NCBI GenBank assembly: GCA_016235455.1
Contig: JACRKZ010000031.1
Location: 1 to 64,000, forward strand
Direction of reading: 5' to 3'
Source: Armatimonadota bacterium
GTDB taxonomy: Bacteria > Armatimonadota > UBA10988
Length of the DNA: 64,000 nucleotides
The notes under the pieces are model-generated. The model saw only the letters and a list, made by a program, of their open reading frames with translations, was not told the origin of the DNA and did no database searches. This document shows, piece after piece, positions 52,715 to 62,051 of this stretch. The number at the start of each line of letters is the position of its first letter. Position 1 is the first letter of the stretch. A program made the position numbers and the translations under genes.

Positions 52715-55612
52715 ATGGTAAGCATGAAACGGCCCAAGCACACAATCCTGGCCCTGTTCGCCTGCCTGGCTGTGGCTGGCTCGGTCTCGGCGCAGACCTA
52801 CCAGACCATCAGCGGGACAGCGACGAACTCGCAGCCCGGGACGTTGTTCTCCACCGTGCGCAACAACTACCTCCAGGTGGACGTGCGCGTGCCGGGCATC
52901 GTGCCCGTGGTCAATCCCGGAGGCACGACGGGTCCCACGCTCGTTGGCTACAGCAACTACCGTGGTGGCCGGGCCTGGATCAGCACCGTGCAAGGCGATC
53001 CGTTCACCGCCAACGACAACGGTGTGCGCATCGCCGGGCCGACCGCCTACTCGACATGGTGCGGGGTGCAGTTGCAGGATCTGCCCACGCCGGCCGATGA
53101 CACGCCGGCGATTGAGTACCATGAGTGCGAGACCAGCTACGAGCCGGTGAACAATCCGAACCAGGACATCTTCTCGCAGTACCCGACGGCGAGCAACGAT
53201 GAGGTCCGGTTTGCCTGGCAGATCCGCAAGGACCTGCCCTCGCTGACAACCATCCACGCCAACCCAAACGTGGCCACCAACGGTGGTCTGGCGGGCGTGA
53301 ACTCCGCTGTGCAGTGCCTCGTGTCGCAGTCCTATCGGCTGGTCGGCGACAAGGTTCGCGTCGAGATGCTGGTCCAGAACGTCAGCAATGCCAGCGTGCG
53401 CATCGGCGGGCACATCTACATCAACCCGACCTTTGGCAGCGGCGTGCGCAACGGTGATCGGTTCCACTTCCAAGGCGTCAAGCAGACCATCGACCACGAA
53501 ATTACATTCCCCTCGACCAATGCCGCGGACGACCCGTCGTTGCGTCGCATCCCCACCTTCTACCGTACCTTCGACGATGAAGCCGCCCCGTCGGTCATTC
53601 TGGGTGGCCTGTTCGACGGCGCCGACATCCGGACGACGGCGTTGAGCGCCGGCCCGCCCACGAGCGCCATGCTGGTCGACCAGAACCTGATCACAGGCAA
53701 CTGGTTCGCCTACACGCCGGCGTCGGGCAGCCTGATCGGCGCCAACTTTGGCATCATGCTGCGCTGGGCTCCGACCTTGGTCGCCCCCAACTCGGGACGT
53801 CGGTTCATCACCTACTACGGCCTGGGCGGCACGGATGCCGACTACGACCAGCCGTACATCTTGTCCGCCGAGGCGCCGTTCAGCCTGTCGCTGGCCAATG
53901 GCGACGACCCCAACACCACCTTGGTGGAGACCAGCGACAATGTGTACCGGGCGCCGAACCCGTTCACCGTTCGCGCCTCCGTCTTCAACACCTCGGATCG
54001 GGCCATCAGCAATGTGGCCGTGGCGCTGTCGCTGCCGGCCGGCATGAGCCTGGCCAGCGCCGGAGACACGCTCAGCAAGTCCATTGGGCTCGTTCCCGCG
54101 AGGTCCGAGCAGGTGGTGAGTTGGCAGGTCAAGACGACATCGACCCTCGAGCCGGGCGTGCGGACAGTGTCCGTGTCGTCTTCCGGCACCAGCCTGACAT
54201 CGAAGATCGTGGACCGCGAGATCGGCATTCCGGCGCTGCCGCAACTGCTCTTCCCGAACGTCGCCAGGCGACTGGACATGATCTCGGTGCCCTACGATTT
54301 TGCCAACCGCGACATCCAGCACGTGCTCAACTCGTTGGGCACGGTCGGAGTGACCGGCGGCGGCAACGCGGCGGTAGCTCGCTACAATGCCGCGGCGCGC
54401 TCGTACGGGTACTTCCCGGATCCCTATATCACCAGTGTGGTCCCGGGCGAAGGCTTCTGGCTCTTCAATGGCGCTCTGACAGACCTGCGGCTGCCCACCG
54501 ACAAGGCCCAGTTGCCGCTGGCGCAGTCGGTGTCGGTGGCGCTGAGTACCGGCTGGAACCAGATCGGCTGCCCATTCACGGTGCCGGCACGGCTGTATGA
54601 CTGCGAAGTGGTGGGCAGCGACGGCATCGTCCGCAGCTTCCTCGATGCGGTCGGCGCGGGCCAGGTCAAGCCTGTCGTCTACGAGTACCAGCCCAACGAC
54701 CTGAACCCCACGGCCCAGGGCAGTTATCTGTTCGCCGGCGATGACGCCACCATGCTCAACCCGTGGCGCGGGTACTGGCTGCGTTCGCTGACGGACGTGA
54801 ACCTGGTCTTCAACGCCAACTCCCTGGTCGGACCGTTCCGCTCCAGCGGTCGCAGCCCATTGGCGCTGCGCGGCGGTTGGGAGTGCGCGCTGTCCGCTGA
54901 CTCGCCCAACACGGGCAAGCGCCCGGTGCGCCTGGGCTGCGATAGCACCTCGCTGGATGGCTACGACAGCCGCGACGTTGAGGCGCCGCCCACGCTGCGC
55001 TCCGAGGGCGACCTGCGCCTCTCGGTGCTGCGTGAGGACTGGGGTCGCGACGCCGGCCGCTACATGCGTGATATCCAGTCGGGCACTCGAGCGCAGACGC
55101 GATGGCGCCTGCTGGCCGAGTGTGACCGGGCCAACGAGGACGTGACGCTGCGGTGGAACCTGCGGACGGTGCCGGCCGATGTGCAGCTCACTTTGGTCGA
55201 CCTGGAGACGGGGGCCCAGCGGCACTTGCGCACGACCTCGGCCTTCAGCTACAACACAGGTGCGACGCCGCGGCCGCGGCTGTTCGAGGTGATTGCCACC
55301 AAGGGCGGCGGCCAGGGGCTCAGCATCCCATTCATGCAGGTGGCTGGCACGCGCGGTCGCGCGGTGACCGTGGCTTTCGGCCTGACCTCGGCCGCGACGG
55401 TCGACGTTGTGATCGAAAGCCCGACCGGGCGACGGGTGAAGCTGGTTGCTGCATCAATGGCTGCCACGGAAGGTCAAAACAGTGTATCCTGGGACGGCCT
55501 TGACGAAGGGGGCCGCCCGGTGCCTGCTGGGATGTACCGTTGCCGGGTGCTGGTTTCGACGCCGGATGGCCAACGGGCCATCGCTGAGCGTCTGGTGCGG
55601 ATTGGCCGGTAA
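52715..55612 (+). CDS. Secreted protein with shared C-terminal module and FlgD-like Ig domain
   Basis: Signal peptide; Ig-like middle region; GWNQIG.P, GYWLR, WGRDAGRY.RDI; terminal WDGLDEGGRPVPAGMY. Confidence 0.8.
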   Translation: MVSMKRPKHTILALFACLAVAGSVSAQTYQTISGTATNSQPGTLFSTVRNNYLQVDVRVPGIVPVVNPGGTTGPTLVGYSNYRGGRAWISTVQGDPFTANDNGVRIAGPTAYSTWCGVQLQDLPTPADDTPAIEYHECETSYEPVNNPNQDIFSQYPTASNDEVRFAWQIRKDLPSLTTIHANPNVATNGGLAGVNSAVQCLVSQSYRLVGDKVRVEMLVQNVSNASVRIGGHIYINPTFGSGVRNGDRFHFQGVKQTIDHEITFPSTNAADDPSLRRIPTFYRTFDDEAAPSVILGGLFDGADIRTTALSAGPPTSAMLVDQNLITGNWFAYTPASGSLIGANFGIMLRWAPTLVAPNSGRRFITYYGLGGTDADYDQPYILSAEAPFSLSLANGDDPNTTLVETSDNVYRAPNPFTVRASVFNTSDRAISNVAVALSLPAGMSLASAGDTLSKSIGLVPARSEQVVSWQVKTTSTLEPGVRTVSVSSSGTSLTSKIVDREIGIPALPQLLFPNVARRLDMISVPYDFANRDIQHVLNSLGTVGVTGGGNAAVARYNAAARSYGYFPDPYITSVVPGEGFWLFNGALTDLRLPTDKAQLPLAQSVSVALSTGWNQIGCPFTVPARLYDCEVVGSDGIVRSFLDAVGAGQVKPVVYEYQPNDLNPTAQGSYLFAGDDATMLNPWRGYWLRSLTDVNLVFNANSLVGPFRSSGRSPLALRGGWECALSADSPNTGKRPVRLGCDSTSLDGYDSRDVEAPPTLRSEGDLRLSVLREDWGRDAGRYMRDIQSGTRAQTRWRLLAECDRANEDVTLRWNLRTVPADVQLTLVDLETGAQRHLRTTSAFSYNTGATPRPRLFEVIATKGGGQGLSIPFMQVAGTRGRAVTVAFGLTSAATVDVVIESPTGRRVKLVAASMAATEGQNSVSWDGLDEGGRPVPAGMYRCRVLVSTPDGQRAIAERLVRIGR

Positions 55613-55639
55613 TCAAGGATGAAGCGGAAGGACGGTCGC

Positions 55640-58600
55640 ATGATGAAGCGCTTTCTCGAGTCGCCCCTGGCGCGGCGCATCGCCTGGATGACCCTGACGG
55701 CACTGGCGGTCGGGTTGATAGGTCCGGCCGCACAGCGCGCCGACGCGCAAGAGGCGGTTCGCGGCGCCTACTTCGTGCCGTTCACGGCGGCCGAAGGCGT
55801 GGATGCTGAGACCCCCGTGCGCATTGGCAACGGCACCGCCGAACTGCTGCAGCGCATGAGCGGAGACCCGCGAGCGAAGCAGCCTTTGGCTGTGCTGCCG
55901 GTGGTTCCGGCGCTGGATGGCCATGCGTCTCTGAGCCCCAGCAACCCGATCGTCAAGCGCGCTCTGAGTGAGTCGGCGATCACCCAGGAGGAAGTCGACA
56001 GTCCTCCGACCGCCGCCGAGCCGGCAGCCGCTCTGTGCCGCAAACTCGGCCTCGGCTATGTCATTACCGGCAACATCGACCGCTACAAGGAAGGCCCCGG
56101 CGCGGACGGCAAGAGCCAGGTCGCCGAGCTGTCCTACACGGTCAAGCTGACCGAGGTGCTGCCCGAGGGTGCCGTGGCGCAGCCCCGGACCGTGCCGATC
56201 AGCGGCGTCAGCAAGTACACGGCGACCACCGACAAAGACAAGATCATCCTCCGGGCCATCCTGACCGACCGTGTCTCCCGCGAGATCGTCTCTCAGCTCA
56301 TTGAGTTGCCGGAACTGGCGCCTGAGCCCCAGACCGAGGTGCAGGTCAAGCCCAAGCCGGCCAAGGGCAGCAACGCCTGGGCCTATGCGGGCGTCGTGGT
56401 GGCGGGCATCGCCTCCATCTTCCTGATCTCCACCATCGGCGGCGGCAAGACCAAGGCACCGGCCAACCTGGCGGTGACGGGCGTGGCCGCGGTATCCGAA
56501 CAGGACGCGGTACGCATCACCTGGCTCCAGGCGCCGGCGGCGATCGGTTACAACGTGTATCGTCGACAGGTAGGCAGCCAGCCGTTGGTGTCGAGGGCCC
56601 TCCGCGGGCGCACCACGGCTGACGGCTTCACCGTGTTGCCCAATCCGCAGACCAACAGTGTGCCGACCGTGGTTGGCGGCAACCGGACCTCCTTCATCGA
56701 CACCACGGCCGTCAGCGGCGTGGTGTATGAGTACGCCGTGGCGGGCATGAACGCCAGCAACGTGCTTGGTGCTCGCTCCAGCTCCACGACGGCGGCCCGC
56801 ACGGGCGCCAACATCGGCGCCGCGCCGCAGTTGACGGCCTCGGCCGGCAACGGCTTCGTCTCCCTGAACTGGAGCGCCAGCAGCGCCTTTGTGACCGGCT
56901 ACTTCGTGTACCGGCGCCAGGGCGGCGTGCCCGACACCGTGACCGCGGCCGACCGCGTAGCCACGGTGACCGGCCGCACGACGTTCGACGACACGCCGTT
57001 GACCAACGGGGTGGAGTACACCTACGTGGTGCAGCCGTACACGCAGATCGGTACCGGCCAGAAGTTGATCGGCACGGACAGCAACCGCGTGACGATCGCG
57101 CCGATGGCTGGCGCGCCGCCGCAGGCCCCGCGCGGGGTGGCGGCCGTGGCCAGCAACCTCGGTGTGGTGACGGTCTCGTGGCAGTTCAACGCCGAGCCGG
57201 TGGCCTCCTATGAGGTGCTCCGACTGCGTGAAGCCACGACCCGGCAGCGCACGGTGACCGGCAGTTCCTCGTGGCTGCGTGGTCTACCCGTGGACTTGGC
57301 GGCGCGCGCGCAGACCGTACGCGTCGACCCGCGTCGGTCGCGCCAGATCGACCTCACTGGCTACAGTGTGGTGGGCAGTGTGCCCAGCACGCAGAACAGC
57401 TTCGTTGAAGGGCCTCTGCCCGACGGGCTCTACACCTACGCAGTACGCGCGGTGAGCAGCACCGGCGTGCGCGGCCCGGTGGGCGTGAGCACGGCGCTGA
57501 CGGTCTCGTCGCCGCCGGCGGCTCCGGCCGGAGTGACCGCTACTGGTCAGTCCGGGGCGGTGCTGGTAGCCTGGCAGAGCGCTGCCGGCAACGTGAGCGC
57601 CTATCGCGTCTACCGTAGTCTGACGGCCATCACCGCGTCGATGACCGGCCCCGCCACGGCGCCGGGCATCTCCCGCGTGACCGAAGTCAATCCGAGCGTC
57701 ACGTCGTTCAGCGACACCGGCGTCACCAACAATACCGTGTACTACTACGCGGTGACGGCGGTGGGCCAGGGCGGCACGGAGAGCCTGTTCGGCAAGGGCA
57801 CGGCGACCACGACCGGTGCGGTGGGCGTGCCCCACGCGGCGCCGGCCACGATGACGCTGGCCACCGACCGGCCGCTCATCTCGGCCAACGGCATGCACAC
57901 GGCGGCCATCACGGCCACCGTGCAGGACCTGAGCAGTATCGCGGTGCCGGGTGTCGAGGTCATCGTCACGGCGGACCGTGGCAGCTTCAAGGCGCCCCTG
58001 CCGGCCAACGCCAGCTACGTCGACGCCACGAAGCGTCAGGTTCGCTCGCTGACGGACGCCACGGGCAAGGTTGTGCTGAACTTCATGTCGGAAGTCATCA
58101 CGACTGCCGCGACGCAGGTGGTGGCCAATATCCAGGCCCGCGCCGCGGAGCTTCCGGTAGCGCAGCAACTGCAGTCGACCAGCGTGGCGATGCAGTCGTC
58201 CGCGCCGAGTGTGCTGCTCATGAGCCCCGCGCTGGTGTCGCTGACGGCCGACCAAGCTTCCACCCAGACGGTGGCGGCACGGGTCCTGGACAGCCTGAAC
58301 CAGCCGGTGCCTGACGGCACGTTCTCGGTGGACTTCAGCCTCAGCGCCGACAACGGCGAGTTGCGTCAGTCGGGCGACGTGCAGACCTATCCGTTCCAGC
58401 GCTACCCGACCACCATCACGGTGCCGGTGACCACCGGTCGAGCGACCATGGTGTACCGCGCCGGCCCGGCCAGCGGCACGTTGCAGATCAACGCGGCGGT
58501 GGCGGGTCTGCCCGCCGTAGCCTCGTCGGCGACGGTCCGGCTGTCGGCTGGTGAAGCGACGCAGGTGTCGTTCAGCCAGACCGGCACGACGCTGAACCAG

Positions 58601-58858
58601 TTGAACGTGCCGGTCAGCGGCTCGCAGGCCATCACGGTTGACGTGCGCGACGCGCAAGGCAACCGGGTGGGCGCGGGTGTGGCCGTGCAGTTGGCTGTGG
58701 AGCCGACGGGTGTGGTCACGATCCCGGCCTCCGGCGTGACCGACGCCAATGGCCAGGTTGCCCTGAACATCACCGGCGGCGCAGTCGTCGGCGATGCGAT
58801 CATCACGGCAACCGCCGGCACGTCGGCGGAAGGCCAGTTGGCAGTCCATGTGCGCTAG
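55640..58858 (+). CDS. Secreted protein: CsgG-like N-domain, internal hydrophobic helix, about 4 FN3 and about 3 invasin-type Big_1 domains
   Basis: LCRKLGLGYVITGNI; helix AWAYAGVVVAGIASIFLISTI; FN3 motifs (GYNVYRR, F.DT.V.N.T.YYYAVTAV); Big_1 motifs (ISANG...AITATVQD, VRDAQGN.V, TDANGQV). Alternative start 55619. Confidence 0.75.
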   Translation: MMKRFLESPLARRIAWMTLTALAVGLIGPAAQRADAQEAVRGAYFVPFTAAEGVDAETPVRIGNGTAELLQRMSGDPRAKQPLAVLPVVPALDGHASLSPSNPIVKRALSESAITQEEVDSPPTAAEPAAALCRKLGLGYVITGNIDRYKEGPGADGKSQVAELSYTVKLTEVLPEGAVAQPRTVPISGVSKYTATTDKDKIILRAILTDRVSREIVSQLIELPELAPEPQTEVQVKPKPAKGSNAWAYAGVVVAGIASIFLISTIGGGKTKAPANLAVTGVAAVSEQDAVRITWLQAPAAIGYNVYRRQVGSQPLVSRALRGRTTADGFTVLPNPQTNSVPTVVGGNRTSFIDTTAVSGVVYEYAVAGMNASNVLGARSSSTTAARTGANIGAAPQLTASAGNGFVSLNWSASSAFVTGYFVYRRQGGVPDTVTAADRVATVTGRTTFDDTPLTNGVEYTYVVQPYTQIGTGQKLIGTDSNRVTIAPMAGAPPQAPRGVAAVASNLGVVTVSWQFNAEPVASYEVLRLREATTRQRTVTGSSSWLRGLPVDLAARAQTVRVDPRRSRQIDLTGYSVVGSVPSTQNSFVEGPLPDGLYTYAVRAVSSTGVRGPVGVSTALTVSSPPAAPAGVTATGQSGAVLVAWQSAAGNVSAYRVYRSLTAITASMTGPATAPGISRVTEVNPSVTSFSDTGVTNNTVYYYAVTAVGQGGTESLFGKGTATTTGAVGVPHAAPATMTLATDRPLISANGMHTAAITATVQDLSSIAVPGVEVIVTADRGSFKAPLPANASYVDATKRQVRSLTDATGKVVLNFMSEVITTAATQVVANIQARAAELPVAQQLQSTSVAMQSSAPSVLLMSPALVSLTADQASTQTVAARVLDSLNQPVPDGTFSVDFSLSADNGELRQSGDVQTYPFQRYPTTITVPVTTGRATMVYRAGPASGTLQINAAVAGLPAVASSATVRLSAGEATQVSFSQTGTTLNQLNVPVSGSQAITVDVRDAQGNRVGAGVAVQLAVEPTGVVTIPASGVTDANGQVALNITGGAVVGDAIITATAGTSAEGQLAVHVR

Positions 58859-59058
58859 CCGCGGTGGCTAGCGACCAGAGCGCCGGGCCTCGGTTCACCG
58901 AGTCCCGGCGTTCGTGGTTTGTGTCGCCGAGTCGAGGGCGCACACCCTCTGGCGCGGAGCGCGGCGGGAAGGTACAATTCGGTGGGCGGCCAAGGTCGCT
59001 CATGCTGCCTGGCCCACCTGATGATGGTGCCGCTGGGCAGGGGTGGAGAGGCGGCTTG

Positions 59059-61056
59059 GTGCGACGCTGGCGCGTCACATATCTGGTAACGTGGCTAGCC
59101 CTGCTGGCGTGTGGCGCGGCAACGGGCGCCACCATTGACCTTATGGCCAGCCCCAGCCGTGTCCCCGCGGATGGCGTGAGTACCATCACGCTTTCGGCCA
59201 CTGTGCGTGAAGGCACCAGCCTGGTGGAGGCGCCGGTGGCCGTGCTGTTCAACACCACGGCCGGCGAGTTGTCGCCTCTGGGCGGGGCCCGCGGCAACGG
59301 CCAGCAATTGCGCGTGATGACCCAGGGCGGTCGCGCGCAGGCGACCCTGCGGGCGACCACTTACGAGACCTCCGCGCTCGTCACAGCGGCGCTGATCGAC
59401 CAGGCCAACGCGACCACGGCTCAGCGCACTGTGACATTCGGGTCGAGCGGCACCAAGCAGGTCTTCTACGACAACATCATCAAGGTGACGGGCGCCTATC
59501 TGGCCTACTACCCGGAAGGCTCGATGATGGTCATGGAGGTGCTTGGCGATGCCGCGGTCTCGTACCAAGGCGTCGAGATCCGGGCCTCGCGGCTGCACTT
59601 GGATGTGCGCGAAGACATCCTGGTCGCGCGCGACTTCCAGGGCCGGGTGAGCATCGGGCATGGTGCGCCGCCGTACAAGAGCGATCGCAAGAACGAAGCC
59701 GCACCTTACTTCGGCGACGCGCTGGTGCTCGACATGCGCACTTTCACCGGCGCCATCTTCAGCACGCAGAGCGGGCAGACCACGCACTTTACGGGACGCG
59801 AACTGAGGAAGACGCCGGCGGTGGAGTTGCCGACGGACGCCTTCGACCTGTACGACGTGAGCGGCGCGAAGTTGCAGATCAGGGCGCGGCGGGCGGTCGT
59901 CTACCCCAATGAGAAGATCCGCTTCGACCAGCCCAAGTTCTACATGGGCGACAAGAAGATTCTGTCCCTGCCGTACTACTTCGAGCCGTTGGGCTATTCG
60001 GCCATGGGCGGCGGCGGCTTTGCGCAGTTCGTCAACTACAGCTCGCAGGACGGCCTGCTGGTCAACTTCCCCTACTACTTCGACATGGGCGATCGCTCGA
60101 CGAACGAAGTGACGCTGTCGCGGGGCGAACGGTCGGGCGTGTTCGCGCGGCAGAATGGTTGGCAGGTGTACTACCGCCACCACGCCGACTTGCCGCAGAA
60201 CAAGGGCGACTGGGACTTCACGATCGACCAGATCGGGACGCAGTTTGGCGTGACCTATCAGCGCAACCAGCGGTTTGGCAGCAATTCATACAGCTCTTTC
60301 TCGCTGACCTGGCCAGAGCACCGCAACCTTTACTCGAATGCGAACCTCTATACCACCATAGGACCGGGTACGCTGAGCGCGACGGGCAATCTGGACAACC
60401 TGCTCGGCCCCGGCGGCGGAATCAGTAACAACCTGAATGTGGTGTGGCAGAGCTTCCCGATGCGCGTCAAAGCCATCGACTCGCGTTTCTCGGTGGCCCT
60501 GGGCACCGGGTTCAGCCATTCGCTGAGCCAGCAGGACCTATGGCGCCAAAGCGTGTCGCTGAGCTGGGACCACGATGCCTGGAACTTCGGGCCCAAGGCG
60601 TCGCTGGTGCCGTATGCGGGTCTGCGCTACCAGAACACCATCAATGGAGGCCAGGAGACCGCATTTACGTTCAACACGACGTACCGGCAGGACCTGGCCG
60701 AGGGCATGACGCTGGGGCTGGGTTACACGTTCGACAAGGCGTGGAACTCGCAGTACAAGGTGCCCGACCGGCATGTGTTCTCGCTGGACTGGCAGATGAC
60801 CAAGACCAAGCTGCGCGGTTACGCGTATGCCAACTACAACCTGGTGGACCAGGCACTATCGGCCTCGGTGTTGTTCGACTACACGCTGTCGCGCAACTGG
60901 GGCCTGCAGGCGCAGACCATCTACCAGAGCAGCTCGCTGGGCTCGTTCAGCGAGACGGAGCTGTGGGCGTACCGCATGTTGGGCGGTCGCGAACTGCGCT
61001 TGCGTTATAATCTGGAACGCGGTAGGATCTTCTTCGAGATCGACAACCAATTCTGA
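59059..61056 (+). CDS. LptD-like outer-membrane protein with N-terminal Big_1 Ig domain
   Basis: GGAGAGG RBS with GTG; PSRVPADGVSTITLSATV (Big_1); beta-jellyroll motifs (YQGVEIRASRL, IRARRAVVYPNEKIRF...ILSLPYY); amphipathic strands; terminal Phe. Confidence 0.65.
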   Translation: MRRWRVTYLVTWLALLACGAATGATIDLMASPSRVPADGVSTITLSATVREGTSLVEAPVAVLFNTTAGELSPLGGARGNGQQLRVMTQGGRAQATLRATTYETSALVTAALIDQANATTAQRTVTFGSSGTKQVFYDNIIKVTGAYLAYYPEGSMMVMEVLGDAAVSYQGVEIRASRLHLDVREDILVARDFQGRVSIGHGAPPYKSDRKNEAAPYFGDALVLDMRTFTGAIFSTQSGQTTHFTGRELRKTPAVELPTDAFDLYDVSGAKLQIRARRAVVYPNEKIRFDQPKFYMGDKKILSLPYYFEPLGYSAMGGGGFAQFVNYSSQDGLLVNFPYYFDMGDRSTNEVTLSRGERSGVFARQNGWQVYYRHHADLPQNKGDWDFTIDQIGTQFGVTYQRNQRFGSNSYSSFSLTWPEHRNLYSNANLYTTIGPGTLSATGNLDNLLGPGGGISNNLNVVWQSFPMRVKAIDSRFSVALGTGFSHSLSQQDLWRQSVSLSWDHDAWNFGPKASLVPYAGLRYQNTINGGQETAFTFNTTYRQDLAEGMTLGLGYTFDKAWNSQYKVPDRHVFSLDWQMTKTKLRGYAYANYNLVDQALSASVLFDYTLSRNWGLQAQTIYQSSSLGSFSETELWAYRMLGGRELRLRYNLERGRIFFEIDNQF

Positions 61057-61069
61057 TGGGAGGGCTGTC

Positions 61070-61915
61070 ATGTCCAACCTGCGGCTGAAGCCGTGGCTCG
61101 TAGTATGTGGGTTGCTCGTCATGCCTTGGCGAGCGCAGGCGCAGGATACCTCCGGCGCTGGTTTCTTCCCGTTCCGGGGCAGTGCCCGGACGGCTGGTCT
61201 GGCGGGCGCCTTCACGGCTGTCGCGGACGACGTGGCTGGCCTGCAGTGGAACCCGGCCGGCATGACCCAGGTGGCCACGCGCCAGGCGGGTGTCAACTTC
61301 AAGGTCAACGGCGACGGTGGCGACTACCTCAACGTGTCGTACATCGAGCCGGTTCGCCAGGGCAAGTTCGGCGGCGGCTTCACCTACATCAACGCCACGG
61401 ACGGCGCTGGTCGGCGTGACAACGTCTTCCAGTTCACCTATGGCCAGGCGTTCACCAACGAGCTGTCGTTCGGCGCCAATCTGCGCTATCAGACGGCCGA
61501 CGCTGGCGCGACGACCGACCAGAACTTCTCGTTCGACTTCGGCCTGCTCTTCCGCCCCAAGCGCTACAAGCAGTGGGCTGTGGGCCTGACCGCGTTGGAC
61601 ATCAATGAGCCCAGCTTCACGGGCATCGGCCTGCAGAAGCGCATCTTCAACCTGGGCTTGGCTTACCACCCGGACGAGTACACCACGCTGGCCCTGGACT
61701 GGTACGACATCGGCTCGCTGGCCCATCGTGGCCAGGCGCGCTTCGGTGCCGAGCGCCAGGTGACCCGCAACATCGCGGTGCGCGCCGGTGTGGCGCAGGA
61801 CACCTTCGGCGTGGGTCTCTCGCTCATGTACAAGTACTTCACGTTCGACTACGGCTTCCAGCGCCTGTCTGGCGCGCCGGACATGAACATGATCAGCGTG
61901 ACCGCCAACTTCTGA
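61070..61915 (+). CDS. PorV/UPF0164-like (FadL-fold) outer-membrane beta-barrel
   Basis: Signal peptide, then SARTAGLAGAFTAVADDVAGLQWNPAGM (the A.R..GMG.AF.AVADD..A..WNPAG signature); FSFDFGLLF; terminal ISVTANF. Confidence 0.8.
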   Translation: MSNLRLKPWLVVCGLLVMPWRAQAQDTSGAGFFPFRGSARTAGLAGAFTAVADDVAGLQWNPAGMTQVATRQAGVNFKVNGDGGDYLNVSYIEPVRQGKFGGGFTYINATDGAGRRDNVFQFTYGQAFTNELSFGANLRYQTADAGATTDQNFSFDFGLLFRPKRYKQWAVGLTALDINEPSFTGIGLQKRIFNLGLAYHPDEYTTLALDWYDIGSLAHRGQARFGAERQVTRNIAVRAGVAQDTFGVGLSLMYKYFTFDYGFQRLSGAPDMNMISVTANF

Positions 61916-61938
61916 TCCTCAGATCAGGCGCGTGACGC

Positions 61939-61980
61939 GACCGGCGCGGTGCCCTTGGGCGCCGCGCCGGTCCTGCATTT
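61939..61980 (+). terminator. Terminator-like hairpin closing the 42-62 kb locus
   Basis: GACCGGCGCGGTGCCC-TT-GGGCGCCGCGCCGGTC (16-bp stem with one G-U pair) between convergent genes. Confidence 0.65.
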
Positions 61981-62051
61981 GGGTGGCTGGCACGCCCCAG
62001 TGAACGAAGCAGCGCGAGTCGCCGGTCGGTCAGACACCTCGGCTCTGAACA

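Noticed and set aside
49993-55225. Two ~920-aa minus-strand ORFs
   Set aside because: Antisense shadows of the secreted cargo genes.
42023-61915. Flagellar, curli or Tol-Pal operon interpretation
   Set aside because: FlgD-, FlgT/CsgG- and TolB-like segments occur only as domains in large fusion proteins; no core flagellar, csg or tol genes are present.
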